A stretch of 64,000 nt of DNA from Undibacterium sp. (GCF_030651495.1 NZ_JAUSFI010000098.1:8676-72675), one strand, 5' to 3'; positions 42,051 through 52,730 are shown, counted from the stretch's first letter. Notes: generated by a model not told the origin, from the sequence alone. A program made the numbers and translations.

Positions 42051-42162
42051 AGTTTCGTTATCAGCAGACGCTGATTGACATTGACATACGATAAGTTCGC
42101 CGGCGCATTGTAAAATTGGCGCATGAAGTGGTTTTTCAGGGAAATTCGAAAAAAATCAATTT

Positions 42163-42589
42163 GTCTCAAGCATTACGTTACAGAATTTTTACATACAATT
42201 TGTCCGAACTATTACGTTCATCTGACAATTCGTCCTAAGTTTTACGTTAACGATTATTTACGTAAAACTTAGGACTAATGGCGTCAAGTTTCAGATATAT
42301 AGAGGGGGAGATAAGGTGGGAGATCGTCTCAACTATTACGTTAGAGCGTTTTACTTAATGCTTTGGACTAATCGTCATTTTGCGATTTTAACGATTAGTC
42401 CAAAGCATTACGTGATGCCATCGGTCAATTTCAATCAGTCCAAATCATTACGTTAATCGGAATTCTTGAATGTAAAAGTATCCGGTTGAAAACATCGCTC
42501 TTACCTCCAATTATTCTGTTTTTCTGCGCTTGGCTCGCGTATCGAGGCTGTTCGCCGAATAGCATGGGTGTCGTCTCACTATTACATAG
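42163..42589. repeat. right cluster of the 18-bp motif (8 copies plus 1 degenerate)
   Basis: Copies at 42163(+), 42202(+), 42232(+), 42258(-), 42326(+), 42352(-), 42398(+), 42438(+) and degenerate 42573(+). Confidence 0.85.
42356..42541 (+). repeat. 186-bp direct repeat, copy 2, with the last ~10 codons of a KfrA-like gene
   Basis: Matches 13351-13536 with scattered substitutions. Confidence 0.92.
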
Positions 42590-43131
42590 GTTCATGCTAT
42601 GACCCTAACAATCGTGAGATTGCATGAAAGACTACTCCCTCGAAGCGCGAAGCAGTCGCATGTCAAAAACTACGAATTTCAATGCCAGCTCAAATTATTT
42701 TTTTATTTTTTATTCGCAAAAAAATTTTGAGGGTCGGATCATCCTATGGGTAAAACAGCTCCCCCGGCCTTCGGCCCCGGGGGAGCCTGTGAAAATGAAA
42801 ATGGATCGATTCCCCACCGATTTAAGTTTAAACACAAAGAAAAAATATCATGAAGCTTGGGGCAAAACTTGCAGCGTGGTTGTATGGAATTCAGCCCTTC
42901 TTGATTGTTCCAATGTATCTTGGTGATATGTATAGGGACGACATGTCCGTCTGGGTATGGCAGGAGTAGGCGCGACGCACTTGTAACTTTTTAATAACAA
43001 AGTTATAGTAGATCGACATTCTTCAACGATAGAGTTTTCGCAATGAAAATTAATCAAAGAGTTCAGTTAAGTCGAGTCTTGGTTTGGGCCTTCGTTAATG
43101 ACTCAAGTTGAAACGACTATTTTATGATCAC

Positions 43132-44320
43132 CTACTTTGCCAACGCCAATGGTGTCTCATCCCAGCGAGTCGTATATTTAGGCGACTTCTTCTCTGCCCG
43201 CATACTCCAGCGCTTTTGCATGCCACAAGAAGCGATACTGAGTGAATTTGTACCCAACACTCTGTTCAGTAAATCCATGGTCTTCATCAACTTGGCCGAG
43301 CGTTTGGCTTCTTCACCCGGCGGATCAAACAAGGTGCCCTGCGTTTGTCCTGCATTTGACAGTTCCAATAACATCACGCCGACTTTTTTATACCAGTAGC
43401 CGGGCCGGTAAATATGCTCCAACCCAAATAGCGCGGCGTTGATCAGTGTTCTGGTATCGTCCGTTGGTTCCGGTAATGGCACGACTACACCATTGTTGTA
43501 TTGTTTGTCCTGGCTACGAAATGGATTAGTTCTGACTGCGACATGGATCGCCGCACAGACTGAATGTTGTCGGCGCAGTTTTTCTGCGGCACGGGTCATG
43601 TAACTGGCAGCAGCTTCATTTAGCTCGTCGATGGTGAGCACCAATTGACCAAATGATCGAGAGGAAACAATCTGCTTCTTCGGCGAGATGACATCCTCCA
43701 TGTCCAGGCAGGATATGCCGCACAACTCATTTCCAGTACGTTCCATCACGACGCCGAAATGCGCTCTCAGAAGAGTTGTAGGCGCATCCCTGAGAGCCTT
43801 GACATTCTCTATGCCCATTTCTCGTAAACGCATGCCGATGCGCCCTCCTACACCCCAGACTTCGCCTACATCAATACTGGCGAACAACTTATCTAGTTCA
43901 GGCTCTGGTATGGCATTGAAGTCGCATACGCTATTAAATTCTGGCCACTTCTTTGCCACATGATTAGCCAGCTTGGCGAGTGTTTTTGATGAAGCGACGC
44001 CGACACATACGGGTAAGCCGGTCCATTGCAATATACGGAGACGGATATGCTGCCCCATTGCCGTTGATGACTCCCACAATCCTTGTAAGCCATTGAGACG
44101 AAGAAAGGATTCGTCTATCAAATAGACTTCCGTCTCTGGGCTATACTCACGCAAGATGGTGGCGACACGGTTCGACATGTCGCCATAGAGCGTGTAATTG
44201 GACGACAAGGCAATGATTCCATGTTGCTTCGCCAGGTCTTTCATCATGAACCAAGGCATCCCCATCTTGACGCCCAACGCCTTGACTTCATTTGAGCGCG
44301 CGACAGCACAGCCATCATTG
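43132..44320 (-). pseudogene. umuC: second umuC, 5'-truncated
   Basis: Highly similar to 20040-21371 from NDGCAVAR onward; lacks the DCNNFY motif and umuD; YSIDE changed to YLIDE. Confidence 0.88.
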
Positions 44321-44327
44321 CTTCTGA

Positions 44328-44600
44328 ATGACGCTAACAGTGGTGTACGGGCCAATCGCGGCGATGCTGGTAGAAATGTTCCCTACCCAGATCCGCTACA
44401 CATCGATGTCCCTGCCTTACCATATTGGTAACGGCTGGTTCGGCGGCCTGTTACCAACTACCGCGTTTGCCCTGGTCGCCTTCAAAGGTGATATCTACTA
44501 CGGTCTGTGGTACCCGATCATCATCGCGTTGGCAACGTTTATCATTGGTACCCTGTTTATCAAGGAAACCAAAGATAACGACATCGATGCTGATGATTAA
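44328..44600 (+). pseudogene. 3' fragment of an MHS-family MFS transporter
   Basis: VYGPIAAMLVEMFP..IRYTSMSLPYHIGNGWFGG; only the last TM segments remain. Confidence 0.8.
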
Positions 44601-44661
44601 GTCATGATTAAGCAATAAAAACAGATGGCTTGCGCCATCGCCAGCAGCAGCTGAAATCATA

Positions 44662-44705
44662 AAAAAGCCCTTCTGATCGAGCAATCCTGATCAGAAGGGC
44701 TTTTT
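44662..44705. terminator. bidirectional rho-independent terminator
   Basis: AAAAAGCCCTTCTGATC...GATCAGAAGGGCTTTTT between convergent genes. Confidence 0.8.
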
Positions 44706-44791
44706 AATATCCGTTCAAAAATACGTCTTTCTCACGCCGCTGCCATTTTTCCTACAACAGCAAAAAGGAAAGAGGCTGAGATTACCGCCTT

Positions 44792-46426
44792 TTACCGGAC
44801 AGGTATCCGATAGATCGCGTTATTTCGATCGGCACTGAAATAAATCGTGCCGGCAGCGTCGATGGCCACGCCAGTCGGCACATAAGAAGGTGGCAAGCCT
44901 GGTCCTGCCTCAAAGCCAATCGGCAAGTCACTGGCCACCACGCGCCGCAACTTCGTGACCGGATCAATTTCAATCAACTGACGCGCAGCCGTTTCGGCCA
45001 CGACAAATCGTCCATTTGGGGTTTCGGCTAATCCTTCAGGCATACTAAGTCCTTCCGCAACCAGTGTCTTGCTCCAATCCTTGGGATTGATGCGGATCAG
45101 ATTACCGGCTGCCTCGGTTACATAGATATTACCGTCGCGCGAAACAATCATCTGCACCGGACCAGCCAAACCCTGGACGACTGCAGAGCGTTCCTTGAAA
45201 CCGGCACCACTCACCCGAATCAGGCTGCCGGTAGCGATCTCTGACACCACGATAGAACCGTCCGGCAATTCGACGGCGTCGGTAGGCGCCTTGAGTGCCT
45301 GGACTTCTGCGACAGTTTTCATCGTTGCCCGGTCAATCACTTGCAAGCTACTGGTGAACCAACTGGTCAGCATCAAATATTTCTCACTCAGCCCGAGAGA
45401 GAACGGATATTCCAGGTCAGAGTTGTGCATGCGCTTGATGTCAGTGACTTTTCCCGAGCGGGTATCCACGCGACGCAACGAGAAAATATCCGCAACATAA
45501 AGTGTTTTACCGTCAGCCGAGAGTTTGAGCCCGCCCGGTACGGCGACCTCGCCTTTGGTGATCAGCCGCGCTTTGCCGCTGACAACATCGACTTCCTCAA
45601 TCGAATTGTCGACCATGTTAGACACATAAACATGGTCTTGCGGATCAATCGCCAGATTATCCAGGCCGCTCTTCAATTGGGCGATCACTATCTTAGCACC
45701 GGTGCCGGTATCAATCCGAAGCAACTGACCTGATTTGGTATCGACGACGTACAAATTGTCTTGTGAGTCAAAGTTAACGGCCGCCGGCGTTGACAATCCG
45801 GACGCAATCACTTTCATTTCACCAGTATCGGGATGAATTTTCACCACCTGCCCTTTGAACCAGAGCGGCCCGTAAATCCAGCCATCCTTGCCGACCTCAA
45901 ATCCATTGAAGCCACCCATGTCTTTGAGAATCAGACGCGGCGGTTTTTTTCCGGCGACATCAATCTCCCACAGGGAGTCGCCGAGAAATACCTGGCTGGC
46001 ATACAGGCGTCCCGATTTTTTGTCGAAGTCGAGTGAATTGATTCCCGGCAGATCCTTCGCCAGATCCCTGACCGGTGCATTTTCCGATTCACGGTAACGC
46101 AGCACACCCTGAACGAAAGAAGTCCACGCCAGTTCGCCTTTGGGTCCGATCGCGATGTCATCAGCCTGACCATGCGGCGGCGGCATGAACACCGTGGCCT
46201 TGCCGGTCGTGCGATCCACTTCATAGATCGCGTTGCCGATCACGCTGCCGGCAAGCAGGCGCCCTGTGGCGTCAATTGCCAAGCCATGAACACCCTTGAA
46301 ATTGGATGGCGCGACCAGCACTTCGGGTCGTTTGTATTCGTCAGTTTTAGGGGCAGTCGCACATCCGGCGACCAGCGTGGCAGCGCCGAGTCCAAGTAAT
46401 AGATTTACGGTAATTCGATGGTACAT
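44792..46426 (-). CDS. beta-propeller lipoprotein (SMP-30/gluconolactonase/NHL-like)
   Basis: Lipobox LVAGC; repeated P.G.A.D..G.LYV blades. Confidence 0.8.
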   Translation of the reverse strand: MYHRITVNLLLGLGAATLVAGCATAPKTDEYKRPEVLVAPSNFKGVHGLAIDATGRLLAGSVIGNAIYEVDRTTGKATVFMPPPHGQADDIAIGPKGELAWTSFVQGVLRYRESENAPVRDLAKDLPGINSLDFDKKSGRLYASQVFLGDSLWEIDVAGKKPPRLILKDMGGFNGFEVGKDGWIYGPLWFKGQVVKIHPDTGEMKVIASGLSTPAAVNFDSQDNLYVVDTKSGQLLRIDTGTGAKIVIAQLKSGLDNLAIDPQDHVYVSNMVDNSIEEVDVVSGKARLITKGEVAVPGGLKLSADGKTLYVADIFSLRRVDTRSGKVTDIKRMHNSDLEYPFSLGLSEKYLMLTSWFTSSLQVIDRATMKTVAEVQALKAPTDAVELPDGSIVVSEIATGSLIRVSGAGFKERSAVVQGLAGPVQMIVSRDGNIYVTEAAGNLIRINPKDWSKTLVAEGLSMPEGLAETPNGRFVVAETAARQLIEIDPVTKLRRVVASDLPIGFEAGPGLPPSYVPTGVAIDAAGTIYFSADRNNAIYRIPVR

Positions 46427-46591
46427 ATCGTCTCCTGATTAATATGAATGACTAACGAAAAAAATCACTTTCTTATCCGATCCTGCCTTGACTAACGTCA
46501 AGGTGCAGATCAAATCTTCTTGCGCTGTTTTTGACGCCCGCGCGTGCCGGACAAAACCGCCACGCTGGAGCAAGGTCAAAAAAAGCAGGAC

Positions 46592-48220
46592 TCAAGCCTC
46601 TTTCAACAGTCGCCGCAATAGCTTCCCGGCACCGGTTGCCGGTAACGAGGTGCGAAATTCGACCGCACGCGGCACTTTGTAAGCCGACATCTGCTCACGG
46701 CTCCACAACATGATATCTTCCGCCGTCAAGTCGTCCGCCAGGTTCGGTTTCATAACCACGACCGCTTTCACGACCTCGCCTTTGGTCGCATCAGGCACAC
46801 CAATGACAGCAACTTGCTGTATCGCCGGATGCTTGATCAGGATCGCCTCCACCTCTTCAGGAAAGACGCTGTAACCCGATACCTTGATCATTTCCTTGAA
46901 GCGCCCGGAAAACGTCAGATAGCCGTCGGCATCGAGCTTGCCCATGTCGCCGGTGTGCACCCAGCCGTCACGCAATGTTGCCGCAGTGGCGTCGGGCATC
47001 TTCCAGTAACCATGGAACGTCCCTGGACTGCGCAGCACAATTTCACCAAGTGCACCGCACGGTTGTTCTTGTCCATTGTCCGGATTAATAATGCGACACT
47101 CAACCCCTGGCACCGGCTTACCTTGGGACCCCCATTTGATCGCGTCACGCGGCATAAAGGTGTCGCCCGTGTGCGTTTCGGACAAGCCATAGGCAGCTTC
47201 AAACGTCAGGCAGTTGCCGCAAAACTGCTGCCACTGGTCAGCCAGCGACTTGGTGAGCGTGATCCCGAAACTGGTAACTGGATTAATCCGCAATGAGCTC
47301 AAGTTAAATTTATCCGCACCCGCCACTTGCATTACCGCGACATTCATTGGCGCGATGCTGTACCACCAGCTGACGTGATAACGTTCTATTGCCTGCAATA
47401 CAGAAACCGGGTCGAAACGATACATCAACACCGTCGTCGCACCGCTATAGATCGCGATATCGATCCCCATCAGCATGCCGGCGATATGGTTCAGCGGCGC
47501 GATGGCCAGCAGCACTTCATCCTGATCAACCCCGTTGCAATTAGAAACAGCGGCCGTCTTGAAGTACGCATTGCGGTACGACAACATGGCACCCTTGGGC
47601 ATGCCAGTTGTGCCAGAGGTATACGTCATTAATGCAATATCGTCCATTGATAACACGGGGCGCGGTGTTGTCTGCGTAGTCATATCCAGCGTTTCCAATG
47701 ACGCCAGAAAGTCCAGTGTGTCTGGTGTGTCTGGTATAGGCAATTTCGGTGTGCAAATTTCTGCAGGAACATCCAGCGTCGGTTGCGCCGGCAGGAAGTC
47801 GGCGTAATGCGTCAGGAACACGTGCCGCAGCGCGGTTTTTTCACGCGCCGCCTCGATAATCGGGTAGAGGTTGTCGGCAGCGACGATGACCTCAGCACCC
47901 AGGTCGCCGAGCTGGTAGCTGAGTTCATGCCGCTTGAACAAAGGGCCGCAGGGACTCACGATCGCCCCGAGCTTTTGAATACCGAAATGCGCGATCACAT
48001 ATTGCGGGCAATTTTGCATAAAGAGCGCAACACGATCACCTTTTTTGACGCCCAGGCTCTCGAGCTTAGCAGCGAACCTGTCGCTTAAGTCATTGAGCTC
48101 ACGAAAGCTTAGAGCCCTGCCATACCAGAGATAGGCTACCTTATCCGGTTGACTACAGGCATGCTCTCGCAAGTAATCATGTAACGGCTTTTCTTGTGAT
48201 CGGTTTTCTGGCGTACTCAT
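46592..48220 (-). CDS. long-chain acyl-CoA synthetase (AMP-binding)
   Basis: YTSGTTGMPKG, YGLSET, HTGD, GRFKEMIK and GKLLRR motifs. Confidence 0.93.
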   Translation of the reverse strand: MSTPENRSQEKPLHDYLREHACSQPDKVAYLWYGRALSFRELNDLSDRFAAKLESLGVKKGDRVALFMQNCPQYVIAHFGIQKLGAIVSPCGPLFKRHELSYQLGDLGAEVIVAADNLYPIIEAAREKTALRHVFLTHYADFLPAQPTLDVPAEICTPKLPIPDTPDTLDFLASLETLDMTTQTTPRPVLSMDDIALMTYTSGTTGMPKGAMLSYRNAYFKTAAVSNCNGVDQDEVLLAIAPLNHIAGMLMGIDIAIYSGATTVLMYRFDPVSVLQAIERYHVSWWYSIAPMNVAVMQVAGADKFNLSSLRINPVTSFGITLTKSLADQWQQFCGNCLTFEAAYGLSETHTGDTFMPRDAIKWGSQGKPVPGVECRIINPDNGQEQPCGALGEIVLRSPGTFHGYWKMPDATAATLRDGWVHTGDMGKLDADGYLTFSGRFKEMIKVSGYSVFPEEVEAILIKHPAIQQVAVIGVPDATKGEVVKAVVVMKPNLADDLTAEDIMLWSREQMSAYKVPRAVEFRTSLPATGAGKLLRRLLKEA

Positions 48221-48273
48221 TGTGTTGGTCTCCTGGTTGAGTATCAGTTATTCAAAACATATTTATAATAATA

Positions 48274-48306
48274 TACCAGTTGGTAGGTTTTTATTACCGA
48301 TTGGTA
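48274..48306. promoter_or_regulatory. tandem palindromic operators, probably bound by the TetR regulator
   Basis: TACCAGTTGGTA (48274) and TACCGATTGGTA (48295), 21 bp apart, in the divergent intergenic region. Confidence 0.65.
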
Positions 48307-48338
48307 TATTCTATGGTTTCGATAAAGATGTACATGAC

Positions 48339-48974
48339 ATGAAAAAAAACCTTGAACAGAGCTCTCAACAGCGAAAGACGGTCAATGCAAAAGACGTGCG
48401 AGACCGGAAAAGAGAACAGATTTTGCATGCTGCAGAAAACCTTTTTTTCCGGCACGGTTATGCCGGTACGACGATCGCCGGTATCGCCACCAGACTTGGC
48501 GTGACGAAACCTTATCTGTATTACTACTTCCAAAGCAAAGACGATATTTTTGAAACACTTTGCTGGGAGGCATCCGTGGCGTGCTTGACCTCGATGCATT
48601 TCGATGCCGGCGACGCGCGACCGGCCGCGGACAAATTACGCGAAGGCCTGCATCGGCTAGCAAGTGCCAACATCATCCATTTCAAATCAGGCACCTTCGC
48701 TTACCGCGAGCCAAATGTATTCCGGCCCGCCATGAGTAAGAAGCTGCGAGCGCTGGCGCGTACTTTTTATGATGAATTTTGCGTGTTGCTGGAACAGGCG
48801 CGCAATGAAGGCGCGCTCGACTACGACAACACCAAGCTGACCGCGCTGGCGGTCGGTAGTGTGATCGGCTTCATGTACACCTGGTACAAGCCAGGCGGGC
48901 CGATTGCTCCTACGGCGATGGCCGAACAATTAACAACGATCCTGCTGAAAACAGTAGGCGCACAAAAGCTTTGA
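48339..48974 (+). CDS. TetR/AcrR family regulator
   Basis: IL.AA..LF...GY..TT...IA..LGV.K..LYYYF.SK; start set at ATG 48339. Confidence 0.93.
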   Translation: MKKNLEQSSQQRKTVNAKDVRDRKREQILHAAENLFFRHGYAGTTIAGIATRLGVTKPYLYYYFQSKDDIFETLCWEASVACLTSMHFDAGDARPAADKLREGLHRLASANIIHFKSGTFAYREPNVFRPAMSKKLRALARTFYDEFCVLLEQARNEGALDYDNTKLTALAVGSVIGFMYTWYKPGGPIAPTAMAEQLTTILLKTVGAQKL

Positions 48975-49058
48975 GCTGCCTTGAGCAACTTTAAGCTCTT
49001 CACATTGGCATTGCCAAGAAATACACAACGACCCGACCTACAGGAACCTGACACTGAC

Positions 49059-52000
49059 ATGCGTATCCAGACCTTATTGATTGCCAATCGTGGCGAAATC
49101 GCCATCCGTATAACACGTGCTGCCGCCGACCTGGGCATCCGCTCCGTCGCGCTCTACGCCGAAGACGACGCTGCCTCACTGCATATCCGTAAAACTGACG
49201 AAGCACGGGCACTACGCGGCACGGGTGCAGCCGCTTATCTCGATATTGAACAAATCCTGAGCGTAGCGCGCGCCGCACAGTGTGACGCGATTCATCCCGG
49301 CTATGGCTTCCTGAGTGAAAATCCCACGTTTGCCCGGCGCTGCGCAGAGGAAGGCATCCTGTTCGTCGGACCTGCCCCAGAGACCCTGGCGCTGTTCGGT
49401 GACAAGGTGCAAGCGCGCGATCTGGCTCGATGCAATCAGGTTCCGGTCGTGCCCGGCACACCGGAGGCGACCAGTCTAGCCCAGGCGCATGCATTCATGG
49501 CAGCACTGGGACAAGGCGGCGCCATGATGATCAAGGCCATCGCCGGCGGCGGCGGACGCGGCATGCGCGCCGTTTTCCGGACTGAGGACATTGACGCATC
49601 CTATGCACGTTGCCAATCCGAAGCGCGTGCCGCTTTCGGCAGCGGCGAGGTCTATGTCGAACAGCTGGTACGCCACGCACGCCATATCGAAGTGCAAATC
49701 ATCGGCGACGGTTCCGGCCACGTCAGTCATCTGTGGGAGCGCGAATGCACGCTCCAGCGCCGTAACCAAAAGCTGGTCGAAATCGCCCCTAGCCCGACCC
49801 TGGCGCCGGCCCTGCGCGCGCGTATCATCGGCGCGGCAGTCCGCCTGGCCGAAGCGGTGCGCTATCGCAGCCTTGGTACATTCGAGTTTCTGGTGGATGC
49901 CACAAGTGAGCGTGACGACGCAGATTTTTTCTTCATCGAAGCCAACCCCCGCCTGCAAGTCGAGCACACCGTCACCGAACAAATTACCGGTGTCGATCTG
50001 GTCAAGGCACAACTCCAACTGGCAGCGGGCAGCTCGTTAATCGACTTGAAGCTACAGCAGCGCGACATTCCGGCGCCACAAGGCTACGCAGTACAGTTGC
50101 GAATCAACATGGAGACCATGCAGGCAGACGGCAGCGCCCACCCGTCCGGTGGCACGCTGTCGGCGTTCGAGCCGCCTTCCGGCCCCGGTATCCGGGTCGA
50201 CACCTTCGGCTATACCGGCTATACCACCAGCCCGAGCTACGATTCGCTGCTGGCCAAACTGATTACCCATGCACCCTCGGGAAATTTCCCGGAGGTGCTG
50301 GCACGCGCCTACCGGGCCTTGTGTGAATTTAGAATCGACGGAGTCCCCACTAATATCGTCTTCCTGCAAAACCTCTTACAGAACGATGCTGTGCGCACTA
50401 ACCATGTCTACACGCGTTTCGTCGAGGAGCATATCGGTGCACTACTGAAGCCACAAAACGGTGCGCATCAACAACTTTTTTTCAACCATTCTACCGATAC
50501 CGGCAACGGGACAACGACCAGTAGCAGCGGCGTCGATGCTCCACCTAATACCATGCCGGTAGCGGCCCCGATGATGGGTTCAGTCGTCTCGGTCGACGTG
50601 ATCGAAGGTGACGAAGTGTACGCAGGGCAGCAGATCGCCGTGATCGAAGCCATGAAGATGGAACATATCGTCACCGCAGATATCACCGGCATCGTGCGCC
50701 TGATCACGGTTAAGAAAGGCGACGTGCTGTTTCAGGGCCGCTCGATACTCTTCATCGAAGAAGCGATCCTCGATAAAGTGCACAATATCGAGGATCAAGC
50801 ACAAGAGCGCGATCTTGATGAAGTTCGCCCCGATTTACGTGAAGTCAACGAACGCCATGCCATCGGACTTGATGCCCTGCGCCCCGATGCCGTGGCGCGA
50901 CGACGCAAAACAGGACAGCGCACGGCACGCGAAAATATCGATGCAGTCTGTGATGCAGACAGCTTCATCGAATACGGCTCGCTTGCGGTCGCCGCGCAAC
51001 GCAGCCGTCATTCACTGGACGATTTGATTCGCATGAGTCCGGCCGACGGCCTGGTATCGGGCATCGGCAGCGTCAACGGCGACCAGTTCGGTGAAGACAA
51101 AGCGCGCTGCATGCTGCTCGCTTACGACTACACGGTATTCGCCGGCACACAGGGCATGATGAACCACAGAAAAACCGATCGCATGCTGCAACTGGCAGAG
51201 CAATGGCGTTTACCGATCATCTTTTTTGCCGAGGGAGGTGGCGGACGACCGGGAGATGTCGATGCCGCGTATGTCGCCGGCCTCGATGTGATGTCGTTTT
51301 TTAGCTTCGCCAAACTAAGCGGCCTGGTGCCGCGCGTGGGCATCGTCTCGGGCCGCTGTTTCGCAGGCAATGCCGCCCTCCTCGGCTGTTGCGACGTCAT
51401 CATTGCGACCGACAATGCCACAGTGGGCATGGGCGGCCCGGCGATGATCGAAGGTGGCGGACTGGGTGTTTTTTCACCCGAACAAGTCGGGCCGGTCAGT
51501 ATGCAGGCTCCCAATGGCGTCATCGACATCGTGGTAGGCGACGAACAAGAAGCGGCGCTCGTCGCCAAGCAATACCTGTCGTATTTTCAAGGGCCGGTGG
51601 CGGATTGGACCTGTGTCGACCAGCGCTTATTACGCCAGCTCATTCCTGAAAATCGCCTACGCGTCTACGACATCCGGGCCGTCATCAACACGCTGGCCGA
51701 CGAAGGTTCAGTTCTGGAATTACGCCGGCAATTTGGCATCGGCATCGTCACGGCGTTCGTGCGTATCGAAGGACGCCCGTTCGGCTTGATGGCGAACAAC
51801 CCCATGTATCTGGGCGGTGCCATCGACGCCGACGCAGCCGACAAGGCGTCGCGCTTCATTCAATTATGCGATGCCTTCGATCTACCTATCCTGTCCTTGT
51901 GCGACACACCGGGCTTCATGGTCGGCCCGGCAGCGGAACAGACCGGCATGGTGCGCCATGTCTCACGCATGTTTGTGACGGCGGCCAGCATTACCGTGCC

Positions 52001-52379
52001 ATTTTTCACGATCGTGCTGCGCAAGGGCTACGGTCTGGGCGCGCAGTCGATGGCCGGCGGCAGTTTTCATGTCCCTTTTTTCGCAGTCTCATGGCCAAGC
52101 GGCGAATTTGGCGCGATGGGAATCGACGGCGCGGTCAAGCTCGGCTATCGCAAGGAACTCGAAGCGGTCGCTGATCCCGAAGAGCGCAAGCAACTGTTCG
52201 ATGGCATGGTGGCGGCAGAATATGAAAAGGGCAAAGCGATCAACATGGCATCATTCCTGGAAATTGATGATGTCATTGATCCCATGGAATCGCGCAAATG
52301 GCTAGTGCGCGGACTGCGCTCCGTACCGCCAGTGCCGGCACGCACTGGTAAGAAGCGACCTTTTGTTGATACCTGGTAA
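49059..52379 (+). CDS. single-chain biotin-dependent acyl-CoA carboxylase (BC-BCCP-CT)
   Basis: LLIANRGEIA, HPGYGFLSE, RLQVEH, EAMKM biotin motif and a carboxyltransferase C-terminus; start set at ATG 49059. Confidence 0.93.
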   Translation: MRIQTLLIANRGEIAIRITRAAADLGIRSVALYAEDDAASLHIRKTDEARALRGTGAAAYLDIEQILSVARAAQCDAIHPGYGFLSENPTFARRCAEEGILFVGPAPETLALFGDKVQARDLARCNQVPVVPGTPEATSLAQAHAFMAALGQGGAMMIKAIAGGGGRGMRAVFRTEDIDASYARCQSEARAAFGSGEVYVEQLVRHARHIEVQIIGDGSGHVSHLWERECTLQRRNQKLVEIAPSPTLAPALRARIIGAAVRLAEAVRYRSLGTFEFLVDATSERDDADFFFIEANPRLQVEHTVTEQITGVDLVKAQLQLAAGSSLIDLKLQQRDIPAPQGYAVQLRINMETMQADGSAHPSGGTLSAFEPPSGPGIRVDTFGYTGYTTSPSYDSLLAKLITHAPSGNFPEVLARAYRALCEFRIDGVPTNIVFLQNLLQNDAVRTNHVYTRFVEEHIGALLKPQNGAHQQLFFNHSTDTGNGTTTSSSGVDAPPNTMPVAAPMMGSVVSVDVIEGDEVYAGQQIAVIEAMKMEHIVTADITGIVRLITVKKGDVLFQGRSILFIEEAILDKVHNIEDQAQERDLDEVRPDLREVNERHAIGLDALRPDAVARRRKTGQRTARENIDAVCDADSFIEYGSLAVAAQRSRHSLDDLIRMSPADGLVSGIGSVNGDQFGEDKARCMLLAYDYTVFAGTQGMMNHRKTDRMLQLAEQWRLPIIFFAEGGGGRPGDVDAAYVAGLDVMSFFSFAKLSGLVPRVGIVSGRCFAGNAALLGCCDVIIATDNATVGMGGPAMIEGGGLGVFSPEQVGPVSMQAPNGVIDIVVGDEQEAALVAKQYLSYFQGPVADWTCVDQRLLRQLIPENRLRVYDIRAVINTLADEGSVLELRRQFGIGIVTAFVRIEGRPFGLMANNPMYLGGAIDADAADKASRFIQLCDAFDLPILSLCDTPGFMVGPAAEQTGMVRHVSRMFVTAASITVPFFTIVLRKGYGLGAQSMAGGSFHVPFFAVSWPSGEFGAMGIDGAVKLGYRKELEAVADPEERKQLFDGMVAAEYEKGKAINMASFLEIDDVIDPMESRKWLVRGLRSVPPVPARTGKKRPFVDTW

Positions 52380-52730
52380 AGTTTGAAGTTTGGAATTCGG
52401 AGTTTGCGGCAAAGAGAGTGGCAGGTTGGATGCGCACAGCGCTTTTTCAACCTGCCGATCAATAAATCCGCCAATCTGGTACGACTAGCGAGACTAGTGA
52501 CCGGCATCATCTGCTGTCAACAATGAATTTCGCCAATTTTCTCGTTAACCCGCTACGACATAGACTATTGTGGACGAATCATGCGCCGCTCTAACTTGCA
52601 TCACGGGATGCGTTACATGGTGGCCGGTTTATTAATCAAGCCTCCTCATAGCATTCAACAACTCACTATCCCAAAATTCGACGTGTTGACTATTTTGTTC
52701 CTAGAAATCGTTTCATACGGCCGACCGACG

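Larger units (their letters stand above)
13175..42455. mobile_element. genomic island next to dif, with a KfrA-like gene, tyrosine recombinase, repair and defence cargo
   Basis: Begins just after dif; both ends carry clusters of the same 18-bp motif; contains an integrase, umuDC and defence genes. Exact boundaries are inferred. Confidence 0.7.

Noticed and set aside
42163-42455. Repeat clusters as a CRISPR array
   Set aside because: Repeats are 18 bp, degenerate, in mixed orientation and irregularly spaced; no cas genes.
13175-42455. Island as a Tn3/Tn7 transposon, prophage, ICE or classical integron
   Set aside because: No DDE transposase, phage structural genes, conjugation genes or attC-type sites were recognised.
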